This document shows positions 1 to 12,900 of a stretch of DNA of 64,000 bases, one piece after another. Positions within the stretch are counted from its first letter, which is position 1, and each line of letters begins with the position of its first letter. The stretch lies in NCBI GenBank assembly GCA_035084275.1, contig CM068755.1, positions 11,222,001-11,286,000 on the forward strand. Direction: 5' to 3'. Both the position numbers and the translations under genes were made by a program. The notes beneath the pieces were generated by a model. The model saw nothing but the letters and a program-made list of their open reading frames with translations. It did no database searches and had not been told where the DNA came from. Origin of the DNA: Hydrolagus colliei. Its lineage: Eukaryota.

Positions 1-96
1 AGAAGATATTCGTCTGCAAGGAATCTGGATACACTGAAAGCATTTTGTTTAGCTCGGGTTGATAGCAAACTCTCTCATCTTCATGTGCTCCGACAC
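1..96 (-). other. ENOX1: Exon (5' part only, continues past window start); probable conserved 5'-UTR exon of ENOX1/ENOX2
   Basis: Minus-strand acceptor with T-rich tract ...ttttcttgttggcttattgcaag|GTGTCGGAGCACATGAAGATGAGAGAGTTTGCTATC... The exon sequence resembles my recollection of the third ENOX1/2 UTR exon (not verified by search). The AAG acceptor is less common than CAG/TAG. Confidence 0.55.
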
Positions 97-361
97 CTTG
101 CAATAAGCCAACAAGAAAAAAACTGAAATTAAATATCTAGGCAGTGAAGTACTTGCCTGAAAGTAACATCAGTTACTGTTTAACCAACTAACTGGTCTGC
201 CTTTTAATCATCAAGCAAAGTAAATTAATGATTGAAATGTTGATTTAAATGCAAAGAAAAGCAAGGCAAAGGAGGAGGGTGGGGGAACAAACTTGATTTG
301 CTGCTGAGGCGAGAGGCAAATGTAATTGCCCCCAGTTTGTTTTGTCAGTTCAAATTTGGGT

Positions 362-481
362 TACAACAACAACAAAATTACAACAACAACAACAAAATTA
401 TATTTATAAAGCGCCTTTAACGTTGGGAAGGACGTCCCAACACGCTGACTTCTAGTAACTAGACGTCCCAACACGCTGACT
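362..481 (-). mobile_element. L2-type 3' tail fragment with local duplications
   Basis: (caa)n tail + aaattatatttataaagcgcctttaacgttgggaaggacgtccc matches the tail attached to L2 ORF2 at 61688; 20-bp direct repeat gacgtcccaacacgctgact at 431-450 and 462-481. Confidence 0.7.
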
Positions 482-964
482 CCTCGTGAAGGTCAACTAG
501 AAACAGGGTTTGGTTCAAAGGTTAATGGGGGAAAAAATAAGTGAGATAAAGTGAGAAGGAAGATTGTGTGTGGCTGAGCAGAATATAAATGAGCTGTAGA
601 GGTTCTCAATAGCAACAACTTGCCTTTATGTCATGCCCTTCCTCTGCTTAAAAGTGTTTGAAGTCCTTTGTGTCTAACTAAAGATCATTATTACAATAAT
701 TGATGCTGACAACACGAATGCAGATGTGAAAATTAGTGCTTAGTATTCAAGATTGTCCCAGCGACCGTTCAGGTTTGCCTGAGATCATTCCAGACACCAG
801 CTCCTAGTTCTACAAATATGAACCATGTGAAGCTGCCGCTAATTCATTATAAGTTCACAGTGCACACACATTTACCAACCAGCAGAGATTCACATATATG
901 ACCACCTGACTGTATAAGTTGGTAAATTAATCAAAGATGAACCCTCAGTGATTTATGAACATTG

Positions 965-1029
965 AGCTCCTTGGGACGTCCTCCCGACGCGAAAGGTACT
1001 TTACAAATGTAACTTTGCTGTTGTTGTTG
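965..1029 (+). mobile_element. L2-type 3' tail fragment
   Basis: ccttgggacgtcctcccgacgcgaaaggtactttacaaatgtaactttgctgttgttgttg, homologous to tails at 41745-41800, 50335-50410 and 61688-61755. Confidence 0.7.
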
Positions 1030-2870
1030 ACTTAACATGAGAAGTCAACAAAATTAAGGGAGTCACCTGAGGAAGTCTCTCTTCTTAGGGAGTCTTGTCA
1101 ATCAGGATATTGAACTTGAGCGCTTGTGATTGAGAGCAGGTTGGTAGAGTTCAGCAGAAATTACAGGACCCAACCAGGATTAAATATTGCAACATCACTT
1201 TATTCAGTGCATGCGGGCTGTCCTTGAATGGCAAATTGATCATGTCGTAGATCATAACAAACGTTTCCAACTTCACCCACACTTTGCAGTCAGCAAGACG
1301 ACTGTGGCTTGACAGCTACGCTGCTCAGATTTGTACAGGTATTTCCATCATGGATAGTAACCATGGCTTAGGTAAAATTGGAGCAATTGACTACACGCTG
1401 AACAACTTGTATTTCAGAGCACTGCTGGCCACTGATTGGATCAGCAGCAGCAAATTGCACTTATAATAAGGTCTTTCACATAGAATGAACGTCACGAAGA
1501 GTTTAACTAATGTGATGGCTGGCAGGAAAAATAGAATGTTGGCCGACTGCCCGATCAAAAAGATATGTTCCTTGGAAGATCTTGAAGGTGAGAAGAAAGA
1601 AAGTAGTACTTGTAGCAATTGACTAAACGCCAAACGAGGAGTGTTGCAGAGGGGGCGAAAGGCTTGGTCTTCAATGATGAGATGGAGGGAGTACAGAATA
1701 AATAGGAGATCAGAATAGGAAGATACAGACAGCAACATTGGGTTGGAGGACATTGTACAGACAGGGAGAGTCGAGACAGTGAACGGATCTGAAAGTCACA
1801 ACAAGAATCTTCAAGTTGATCCACTGGAGTATTGATTCAGTGGGATACTTGCACTGTGAGTACTACAAAGGGAATTTCACCAAGGAAATTGACTGCAGTT
1901 AGCCTTGAGGGTTAGAAGCTAGCACACACTGTGGTTGGTAATGTTACCTCCGTTGCTGTATATCTGATGTGCCAGGTCAATAAATAGAACAGCCATTGTT
2001 CAGTGGCTATTGGGACAGCAACCTCTATACACTGGTTGCTTAAAACTGTACAGCATTGCTGCTAATGAAATTAAATCTGCTCCAGGCTCATCGAGAACAA
2101 GAGCTCACCAATAAAAGTACTGTACAATGGTTTGCTGAAACATTACAGTGTACTCGAGCAAGCAATGTCTTATTCTAACCTTTGTGTAAAGTTTACTCAA
2201 TGTGGATCTTGGAGTAAATGTACATAGAGAACAGAGATTATTTATGCAATTGCTGTACTGAGTTATATACTGTACTCTGCATTCCCACTGGAGTTACCAA
2301 CATTGCTATTTATTGTCCCCATTGGTTTCAAATAGTTTTAAGCAGCCAATTAAGATCATTAAAGACCTGGATTTAGACGAGCCCATATTTCATGTCCTAT
2401 TCTCGCAGACTTCTCTGGAGTTAATGTACTACACCGCTACTGAGCTGGAACTTTTGCAATTCAACAGATTATAAACACTATTGTTGCTGTGAGAAGAAAT
2501 TTCTCTTGAAAGGAGCCCAACTGATCACCAGGCAAATGCGCAGGGTACAAGTCTACAAATCAAGCTTCATGTGACCATGCCAACATCTTTCCTTCATGTT
2601 CAAATTTAGTTGTCCCATCAAATACCTGCCAAAACCTGGTGGGGTGTATTTTAAGAGCTTCTTTAACGTGCTTATATAGGAATATATATTATGTAATTAA
2701 CAGACAATTGTGCCACCAATTACAATCTATGAGCCTGTAGAGTAAAATATATCCTGTAATTTGAAATCTAAACCATGCCTTGTGGGGCTATTTGACACAC
2801 TATGTCCACTGTTATCGGAATTTGAAAATAATGATGCTTTGTATAACAGCACCAAGTGCTGCTCTAGCTG

Positions 2871-3116
2871 CTCCATGATCACCTCTCCTCCATCTTCAAC
2901 TCTCTCATCCTCCTGAAATCCAGGTCTATTTCCAACCCCACCCACTCCCACTGGTACAACACTCATCTCCGCACCCTTAAATGCCAAACCCGGCTGCTCG
3001 AGCGCAGGTGGCAGAAAACCGGCCTCACGGTTCACCACTAACTTTGGCTCGAGCATCTCCACAGCTACCGCCGTTCCTTGTGCCAAGCAAAAACGGCTTA
3101 CTATTCCAACATCATC
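2871..3116 (+). mobile_element. L2 LINE ORF2 internal fragment (endonuclease-RT linker), decayed
   Basis: Translates LHDHLSSIFNSLILLKSRSISNPTHSHWYNTHLRTLKCQTRLLERRWQKTGLTVHH*LWLEHLHSYRRSLCQAKTAYYSNII, the W..LR.LK...R.LERRW.KTGL and AK..YYS.II pattern of L2 ORF2, with one in-frame stop. Confidence 0.8.
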
Positions 3117-3179
3117 GCGGTGCAGATGTAGGGCATTACACCTGAGCCTTGATGGTAGCTCCCAAAGGAGTTCTAATCC

Positions 3180-3485
3180 TATTTCCTTCCTCTTTCTCCA
3201 CAATTTACATTTTTTATTCTTCAATTGTCTGTCTAATTCCTTTTTTAACTAATACAATTGACTCAGTTTCAAACGTTTCACCGGCAATTTGTTCAACATT
3301 CTAATTAAGCTTTGTGTGAAACAATTCTAACATCTACCTTTATGTTTGTCTAACATGATCCCCTTTTGCCAATGTCCTTACCAATACAAGAAATCTTTTG
3401 CAATTTGCCTTCTCAGACCCTTTCATAATTTTGAAAACTCTTATTTGGTTCCCGCTTAAACTCTCTGCTCCAGTGAATAATATAA
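3180..3485 (-). mobile_element. CR1 LINE ORF2 3' fragment, decayed
   Basis: Reverse strand ttattcactggagcagagagtttaagcgggaaccaaataagagttttcaaaattatgaaaagg resembles the LFSLEQR-LRGD-IEVFKIMKG motif also seen at 59760-59820. Confidence 0.65.
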
Positions 3486-5880
3486 AGGTTAAAGTATTCT
3501 GTTGAAACTGGGACACATCAAGGCACCCTGGTCATGAATACATTAATGTCGGCAGAGACCCATTGAATTAAAGAGCCACACACATGAATGAACACGTCAG
3601 GAACTCTTCCAGGGTGTACAGTCGCTGGGCTGAACAGTGCAATCTGTGTACAAGCAGGATTTCAGCTCACCATCTTCAACTTAGACTGCAGTCACGAGAG
3701 AGTTATTCATTTATCGGCAGCTCCCATACATGTCGGATACACAGGTACACATGCACCTTAGTGGCAAAGAGGAATTAGTACGAGTGGTTGTGCACTCCAA
3801 ATTGGAAATGCTGAAACTAGATTGCAAGTGTCGTGAATGACAATCGCACCAATACAGATTTGGATTTCCAATCCTTGGGTTCTTGTGCATCAGCTGTTTG
3901 TTAACCAGGCGGTTGACCACTTCAGACGTCTGTGGATGACAGATCGGAGAATACTGAAGGGCCTTTCCGTTAACTGACATGAGTGCTGAGGCTCAGAGTG
4001 GGTACAATGGTGTCGTTCTGAGGAGGGAGCTCACACATCTGAACAAATGAAACTTTCTCAAAACTAAGCAGGATGACCATTAAAAACACAACCCGAGTAC
4101 TGTCTTTCACATATCAAATAACCATAAACATGATTTTAATATTCTAAAGAGCTTTACTCTTAATGTTAGTCAGATCTTTGTTGCCTTTAAAAATTTACTC
4201 TTTACGATTCTACTGAATGGCAGTACTTTATATGATTTACTGCATGTCTAATCATAAGCCTGCTGTTTTTTGTGACTTGGCTTTCCATTTCTTTAAGATT
4301 CAGAGCCAGGCATCTTAAAACATTCAAAGATTGCATCCAGAATTTTGAAATCTATTATACAATCAACTAAAATTTCCCTGGCTCCAAAGCAGCCTCTAAA
4401 CCGAATTAAAACTTTTGACACTTCAACCAGCAAATCATGGGAGTAAATAAATTTTTTAAGAACACTTATGGATATAAGTGTCTGATATAAATCAGATAAC
4501 AATTGTTGAGAGTCTCAGAGGAGAGACTTTGTTTAAACGGAGAAGTGTACCGTTCTTGAGATGCTCATGACGACCAACTTGCAATTAAAATTTACATGTT
4601 AATGGAAAGATATAATGATCACTATATTTACTCCCCAGTGTTTTCTAAATAAAAACATAAATGGAAGAAATTTTGAGTTATGACCTAACTCTTGATAGAT
4701 TTGTTTCGCTTCGTGTGACCATGCCAAAATTACTGCTTAATTTTAATTTTCTTTAAATAAACTCTTAAATGGCAAATTAATTGATGTTCTGTCCCATTCT
4801 CTCTTGGTTCGTTACTGCTGCCTCCTCCTGCTATACTTCAGGGAACAGGGTTGAGTGATCTAACTGGTAAACAACTAGGCAATGAACATCTACCATTACT
4901 GCTGCTCTGAAACCAGACACCAAGACTCCAAAATTCTACCTAATCTCAGCCTGTGAGATCATCTCGTTTTAAATTCAGGATTGCCACCGATTGTGGAAAA
5001 TTCTTAAATTGGAGGCCAGTTTTGTTTTCAGAACTTTGGAAAACTGGCTTCCAAATTAAGTAGTTAGTTCAAGAATTTTACACAGTTTGGGTTCATCTAC
5101 GTTTTAAGGTAGAATGCTCTCAAAGGCTAAAACATGGTTGATTTTCAGGCTCAAGATGTGCTTCTCCTGTCTTCTGGATGATCGTCCCAAAAGTCGTCCC
5201 AAGCGAGCTACCTCCCACTCTCTCGTTTCAAAAGTTTTTTTAAAGAAGGTTTGGAATTATTGCAGCTTTCTTTGTAATCTTGTTGGTTCAAGATGTAAAT
5301 TAGCATTATTTACTGTAGCTGTTTGGAACGCTCAGCCCCTGAAAACTCTTTAAACTGTGACAAGTCTAATTCATATTTTTTTTGTAATGCACAGCATTTG
5401 GTTAAACACTAAACCCATATAGCAACCCATTCTGTGATGTGCATGTATTAAAGCACATTACATTTGTTATCACAGCAAACAGATCCCCACTTTCTGTAGA
5501 TTAGCCTCATAAATAAATGCAAAAGTATGCAACTTGTCAGAAATGTTACATAACTGGCAAAAAAAAACCTTTACAACTGGTAATGGTTTAGCATTATGGA
5601 GAGGATCTAAGTATGACTGCATGCATCAGAGGACCATTGACATTTTGGCATAGTAGCAGTTTTATTGTTATTAGATATTCTGTATCTGTTCTGTGCTTTG
5701 AAATAATTTCTGGCCTAATTTAATTTATTTATTCAACTGCTGTAGAGGACATTGAGGTTTACAATTTTATTTGTAGCAGCTAGGGAGTTTACCATAAAAT
5801 GTAGTCCTTGTCAGACACTTTAAACCATTATCAATCTGCCAGCGCTGTTAAAGTACAGTCCAATACTTTGTAGAATTTGA

Positions 5881-6124
5881 TATTAATACTTGCATTTGAT
5901 ATAGCGTTGTCACATCTTCGACGTAACTCAAAGTGCTTCACAGAATATAATAATAGTATAGTACTTAGTTAGATATAGCGCTTTTCACGTCTTCTAGACG
6001 CCTCAAAGCACTTCACAGAATATATTGTCAAAGTGAATTGAATGTATATATGTGGGCAAAACGCGGCAGCCAATTGTGCACAGCAGTCTCCCACAAACAG
6101 TCGTGGATTGAAGTGACCAATTTT
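5881..6124 (-). mobile_element. Two tandem 5'-truncated copies of the young tRNA-derived SINE (SINE2-1_CM-like)
   Basis: Tail 5881-5950 and body+tail 5971-6124 match the full copies at 15878-16240 and 29071-29398 (ttgcatttgatatagcg...cttcacagaatata; gcggcagccaattg..cacagcagt.tcccacaaacagtc). Confidence 0.85.
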
Positions 6125-6197
6125 ACGTCACTTCCTGCTCCCTGCAAGCTCGAGGCTGACGCATCACTGACTCACTTCCTTTGCAAAGTGATGTCAC

Positions 6198-6308
6198 CGG
6201 TATTTCCTGCATGCACAGTTGGCTGTGCAGTGTGTAGGAATATCGTTCGCGGTATTCCTACATGCACAGTTGGCTGTGTACAGTGTGTAGGAATATCGTT
6301 CGCGGTAT
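6198..6308. repeat. Tandem duplication of a ~52-bp hairpin-forming unit
   Basis: Units 6198-6249 and 6250-6302 plus partial cggtat; each unit has tgcacag-ttgg-ctgtg(c/t)a and tattcct(a/g)ca...tgtaggaata inverted arms. Confidence 0.9.
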
Positions 6309-8446
6309 ACCAGCTGACCTGGAACAAATGTAATAGAGGGGAAAATTGGTTAGTCAAAGATGGTTGCTGGGTATGTTGCACTTCTAGTACTGAGTGGGTC
6401 GAGACCTTCTTCCTCTGAGCAAACCTGGACTCCAAAATTCTACACTGTATCCTGTACAGTATTCTGTTGGGTGTGAAAACTTTGAGTTCTGCCGAGCTAT
6501 GCAAATGGTGGGAAGGAGCAGGGAACCTGCTTTAAATAGAATTGTTCCATGTTAAATGCAAGCTGTTGTTGTTGCTGTTGCTCACTAATTCACATCGGCA
6601 ACCCATTCAGAGCTGTGGAGAACAATGGAGAATAATCTATCCATGATTTTCTACCTAAAACGTGGATGACTGATTCTTCCATTATCAGGGCACTTCATAT
6701 TCAACACTTTAGTGTATCCTCTCCACGCTGCTTTCCTTTTGACTTGGTAAAGAACTAATTGCAATGTAATAAAAAAAGTGGACATTATTTTTACTGTATT
6801 GATTCATTTCAAGTACAATGCACTTAATGAAAATGGCTAGTAGTGTCCAATTCAGAGAGAGTCCTTTGCTTTCTTATCTCTGTCTCACAACTAGTAAACT
6901 GCACTCTCTCTACTCCCACCTTTCTCTGCTAGACAAGCCAGCAAGGTCAAGTCAATTGTTTGGTACTGGCTCCCATTCAACAAAAACAAGATCAGAAAGA
7001 AACAAAAACAATTCAGTGACACCAAAGACACCACGGACCAAAGATTATAGCCATCCATTAATTGAGAACTAGACCCCATTAAATATAGTCCTCGATTCAT
7101 TCTTTTGGCCACACATTGAATGCGTCAAGATGTTCCACTGCTTTAGTACGTGAATGACACTGTAGATGTAATGTAGTTCGCATTAACATTTCTGCCTCAT
7201 GACTCTAAGCTTTTGTAAAAACAACAGTGGGAACATCACAAATGTTCAGCTGGCTCAGGTTGATGTTTGGCTCCAAGTCTCATCGAGCTTTTACACTGAG
7301 TCAAGCTCAGCTTAACCTCAGAAATGTCTGGCGTGCTCAACTTTATTTAATATATGAGCCTGTACAACTCAGCAAAGAAGAATACTTCATCTTTAGTCAT
7401 ACATTGTTTGGGAAAAATAGTCAGCAGTATTAATAATAATCCCTCATGTTTTAGTATTTTTTGCCTTTTTGAAATGTAAACTTGGTGGCTTCTCTGGGGC
7501 AATTTGATTGAAATGGTACAATCTAAATTGCAATGGCTAAAAACAAGAGTCAGAATAACATATACATCATCATTATTACATGTTCTGTACTGTGAACTCT
7601 GTATTGCACATCACGTTGCATTGTCCATACCACACACGTAGTTCTATTCTAGATACTGTCCTATTCTACCTTTTAACTTGCAGTGTAATTAAAACCTAAT
7701 ATCGTTAAACTTCACAACACATGGAACCAAAGTATATGATTACATTTGGGCCTAGAATTCCAGTGGATCTCTTAGATCCCAACTAAAAGGGCATCATATT
7801 AACTATACTAATAATAAAATTAATAGAGGAATTTTAGAATCCAATGTGCAGTGAACCTTTACATAACTCTAAAATGAAAATAATTGGCAAGTTAATAATT
7901 TAAACTTTATAAGCAGGCAGACTAGTAGGACTGCTCTTGAAATGTTCATTGCCAGTGAATTATCTGAAGAGTCACTAAAGTGGGAGCTGATTTATTTGGG
8001 AACTGTGTCTCCCTGACTGTGCTTGTCTATTCCCCCACCCCACCCACCAACGCCACCAGCTGCTGGACTGGCTACTCATGTTACAACAGCAAAAAAAGAA
8101 TCAAGAAACCTTCCATATAATGTTACTCACGACTCACTAAAGCCACATGTGAGGAACATCAATGCTGTGCATGTTCCAAAAGGATACATTAATATTTCAA
8201 TAAAACTGTCCAAAACATCTACTTCCATATTTGGCTGGTGATGGATTTTCACAAATCAAATATGGCACCATGGCACTTTGTTTATAGTGGTAAATAAAAG
8301 CCACTAAGGTTACTGCAAGAAGCAACCTACTTAGCTTCCACTTGTTGAGAAGTGTACAGTGCAGCTAAATAAATATTTTGATTAGTTCAATGAAAAACAC
8401 AAACCAGGATAATGTTGGTGGGCTCCAAATATTCCATTTGAAGTTG

Positions 8447-8530
8447 TTATAATCCTTGCATTTGATATAGTGCTTGATCACATGTTCGAGACGTCTCAAA
8501 GCACTTCACAGGACATACTGTGAATTGACT
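8447..8530 (-). mobile_element. SINE 3' tail fragment
   Basis: aatccttgcatttgatatagtgcttgatcacatgttcgagacgtctcaaagcacttcacag matches the young SINE tail. Confidence 0.75.
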
Positions 8531-11500
8531 ATTATTTTTAAGGCAAAATGGATATAAACCACCCCAATCTCTTGTTTAGTGCATCTGCATCTGATGATAA
8601 AAAGGGGTTTATGTGGAACGCATTTTATACATAACATGTTTAAATAGACATATTTTAGAAGCACCAATTTCATAAGAGCATAACATTAACACCAGAGAAA
8701 TTAACATTAGAGAAATATGTGACAAGCCACTCATTCTTTGCTACTCGTGATTTATCTTTCATAGTGATTAAAGCACTTCACTGCCAATGCATTGGTTGCA
8801 ATCTCAATTATATTTAACCGCCTCTCCCAAGTTATTCATTCTTTTCCTGCATCCCTGCCCCTTTTCTCTTTCATGTAAGTTTTCTCTCTTGTCTTTTAAG
8901 CTAAAGTCTCATTCGCCATAATTTTCTTTGCAATCATAGTTTGGTTCCGCAAAATATTCTTAATTCCAAATTTGGTTCCATCCACCATGCACCCCCATCA
9001 CTTATATCCTTACCCTGTGCATTTTTAAACCTCTGCTGAATTTTCTCCATAGTATTTGTTCTAATTGAGAAAATGTTTTTTTCTGCTCCTCAGTGCCTCC
9101 CTTTGCCTCATACCCTGCTGCTTAGACTCTTTCAAATTTCAGCACTGATTCATATTATAGTTAGTGCTAAATTGTTATTCGCCTCCCACTCACTCTGTCT
9201 CTAACGTTCCATCCTCTGTCTTTCCAGCCCACATTCATGCATTCTTTCACATGGATGCTGTCAGGCAGTTAACCATTGGCAACCGCAATATTACCAGAAA
9301 GGCAATGCTCAACACTCACATTAAAACAGTTTCAGTGAAGTCTGCACACTGTATTTATACTCCAGCAATATCACTCGGAATCAGATTTTTGGTTGCTAAG
9401 TGCAGCTGTTTATTGTTGTAACAAGAGGTGGAACATGGTTTCTAAGCTGTGAGACAGTTTCAGAATTATCTTGCCTGATATTAGTAGTTTCCTGATATCG
9501 TTCAAGTGGAGTTAATCCATTAATGCCATGTAAACAAAGCCTGGATAAATGCTGTTACGTGACTCAAAGCATTCAGATTTAATTCAGTCTGTATTTCTGT
9601 GAATCAACACTCTGCCACTGCCTCAAAGACCTCAAATGAAACCAAGTCAGGAGTAAAAGAAGATCCAACAAGAGTAAAGTTGGTGGGGAGGGGACCAACT
9701 GGTGAGAATGAAGGAACAGGAATGCATCTTGAATCATGTTTAATACGTTGAAATTGATATGATGTGTTTGATATGATCCCATCAAAGACAATATGAATCG
9801 CTAGAAATTTTATTGCCATGTTATTATTATAAACAATTATTATTTCTCCCACAGTCAACTGTTACACAAGCTTGTCATTTTCCAAATCAAAAAGATTACC
9901 CTGACCATTTGGAAATCCCTCTTTCTAAACCTCTATCTCGCCCCGCACCACACTCTTGTCAGTCTTTACATGCTGTCTAAGAACCTATCCTCCTCTCTTA
10001 TTTTGCATCTTACACCGTCCCAGTGAAATACTCCAAAACATTAAGCTATACAAAATGTGGTATCATTAGTCTCCACAAAGCATACTCACTGTTAACAGTG
10101 CAACTGAATTATATATATCAACTTGGTTCACAGAAGGCTCATTGAGAATTTTTAAAAGTTTTTAAAATAATCTTTAAAGTAACAGTGAAAATATAATTCT
10201 CACCATTTCTTATGAAATTCTAGGCAATTAACAATAACTTCTGTTGTTCTTTATTGATTCCCTTTCCTGATTGTCTAACGTTGCTTGTATCCTTTCAATT
10301 ATCCAGCTTGTGAGCTTTTTACTGCCTTGTCAATAAAGTTTATCCCCTGTTGTACATCACTCACAAACATAGCAGAGACCCCATCACAGTGAGCTGATGG
10401 CTATCAATGGATTTCTTAACAGCAAATAGATTAAATACAAAGAATAACGTCACCAACTTCAATATAATCAATTAAAAAATGGATGTGCGTTCTCTTAAAC
10501 ATACATGTGAAACCATTAAACCATTAAACAATGTTTCAAAGCAAATCAGATGCTTGTGCCAGTATGATCCACAGTGGGCCAATATACCATTAAACAATAC
10601 AGTACAATGCACAGGTTTCCTTGGTGAGGAATAGACAGGTGTACCAGTGCAGTATGCCACAGGGTGGCAGGGCTTACGATTCTCCACATAAAGTAGTAAC
10701 CTACTGAACTTGACTACACTTGGGAAAAGGGCAAGTGGAGTTTAGACAGGGAAAAGCCAAAGATTTTCGATGATGGAAATGAAAAGGACAGGACCAGCCT
10801 CTAGAACCTTTTTGATTTACTTTGAAACAAGCAGTAATTGCTCCATCTCCATCTGGTGTAATTTGGGCATGTCATTGTGCGCTCAAACCAGTTGTGTCAG
10901 TTTACGTTAACGTAGTCCCACTTATTCTTCCAGTCCAAATCAATATTTTTTTGTACTCTTGGAGGTGTTAATCTATTTCACGGGAGAGTTTGCACTTGAT
11001 TCATTAATGATGCAAGGCGCATGTGAGAACTCCCAACAATTCATCTTTAGAAAATCTTTTTCAGGGTAGGTGAAGAACAACTGAATCCACCCATTTACCG
11101 CAATGTGAGCATCAGTTGCATTCATTAAACATTTAGTTTCCTTATTAAAATGATGTTTTCAACTGGTGCAAGCATGCAAAGAACAGCATGGCTAATAAAA
11201 TACCAAAGCGTATTAACATAAGCAAAATATGCATATAAATGCACTGGATACAATACACAGAGCAAGAATATAAATTAGTCCACTCACATAAAGTGTACAG
11301 GATGGAAGTAATGATCTTTGAAAGCACAACACAGAACGATAATTAAATTAGCTAATGTTTATCATGCTTCCAGTTAAACATGTGTAGTTATTCGACTTGC
11401 CTGCGACTACACAGGTTTTTAGTGATAATGATAACTAACCTGACTGCAGAATGCTCGTCTACAATCGCCACTTGCCTTTACCCACCCACCTGCATGAAAA

Positions 11501-12813
11501 TATTTTGCCTTGGGCAATTCCCATTTGGGGAATTCACAGAAAATTCTGAAATGCTGATCATCAACAAATTGAAGGGCAATGCAGGGTTTATAAAGCACAT
11601 TTTGCATAGTGTAACAATACAGTACTGTAAAGCGCATTCCATTAGCTTTGGAAAAACAGAATCAACGTTGCGTTTAGTGATACCCTTGTATCGCTACTCC
11701 ACACACTGTGAAATAATGTAGGCTTAATTTCCTCAAGTGTCGTAACACTGTTTATATCATAATAAGAATGTGCCCACGGTGGGGTGGACTATTGGGATGA
11801 ACCAGCTAAAACTTCATTGCCTGTCATTGAGAGAACTGTCTGGCAAGCTTCCTGTGCTTGTCCAGCTGGGACTTCTCATTTGGGCTTCAGTTTGCAAGGT
11901 TAACAGGATCCCAGTAGGAAGAATGTAACAACTCCACCCCTCCAAGTACTGGCAACAAGATAGGTTAGCCGGTTTGACAGCAGCGATGCCTTAAAGTACT
12001 TTACACTTGCCTGGCTCAGAAAGCAGATCATCGAAACCGCAGAGAGGGTTGACTCAATTCCAACATTCTGAGCCTTGCGATGAAAAGACCCTGGTATTTC
12101 TGAGTACAGTATCTGTGTCCCTATTAAGAACTGTACATTTCCTCATAGTTAAATTAGGACTGTTAACCTCACCACTGAAGTAAGTGTTTCATAAACAGAC
12201 GATACGATTTTAGTTAACGCAAAATGTCTGCATTCATTTTTACATCACACAGGAATAACCTCAATATATATTTATCTAGGAAGTAAATGGCAGAGATTAA
12301 AGAGTGGAAAAGTACTAATATGGGCAATCTATTGGACTGGTGGATTGTGTCCTTATTAGTGAAGTGCCTTCATAAGTGAGTTTGATAGTTCGGTCAGCAA
12401 CAGGCAATTCCTGTTCACCTCCAAACCAATGACAAGCACAAGCAATGATCTAAGCTATGCACTCTTAATTGGATTGGCAGCAATCTCTGAATTTCATACC
12501 TTTCACACCTAAGTGCTTTGAAATTACTGAACTTACAGTACAGTTTGAATGGCCTAATGATAAAATTATGGGAAAATTGTGAACTTCATTATATTGACTT
12601 GTAGTGCCGTTTACTAGTGCGACTCCTGGAGTGTTTTAAATACCTTTAAACAAGACTACTCATATCAAGTCAGTTTCAATTATCTTAGATCAAAATCCAA
12701 TTGTTGGCACTTGTCCAACCACCGGATGCCATTGTGGCGATTTGATTGGCATTTAACTGTTGCCTTACCCGGAAATGGCAGGTGAAACCCTTAGAATGAG
12801 CCGTTATTGCTGG

Positions 12814-12865
12814 TATATCTATCTATCTATCTATACATATATCTATACATATATCTATACATACA

Positions 12866-12900
<35 letters not shown>
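12814..12900. repeat. Compound microsatellite (TATC)n/(TACA)n/(TA)n
   Basis: Directly visible. Confidence 0.95.

Noticed and set aside
2727-3224. 165-aa minus-strand ORF
   Set aside because: Antisense shadow of the L2 ORF2 fragment on the plus strand.
6198-6308. CRISPR-like palindromic repeats
   Set aside because: Only two units, no unique spacers, eukaryotic intron context.
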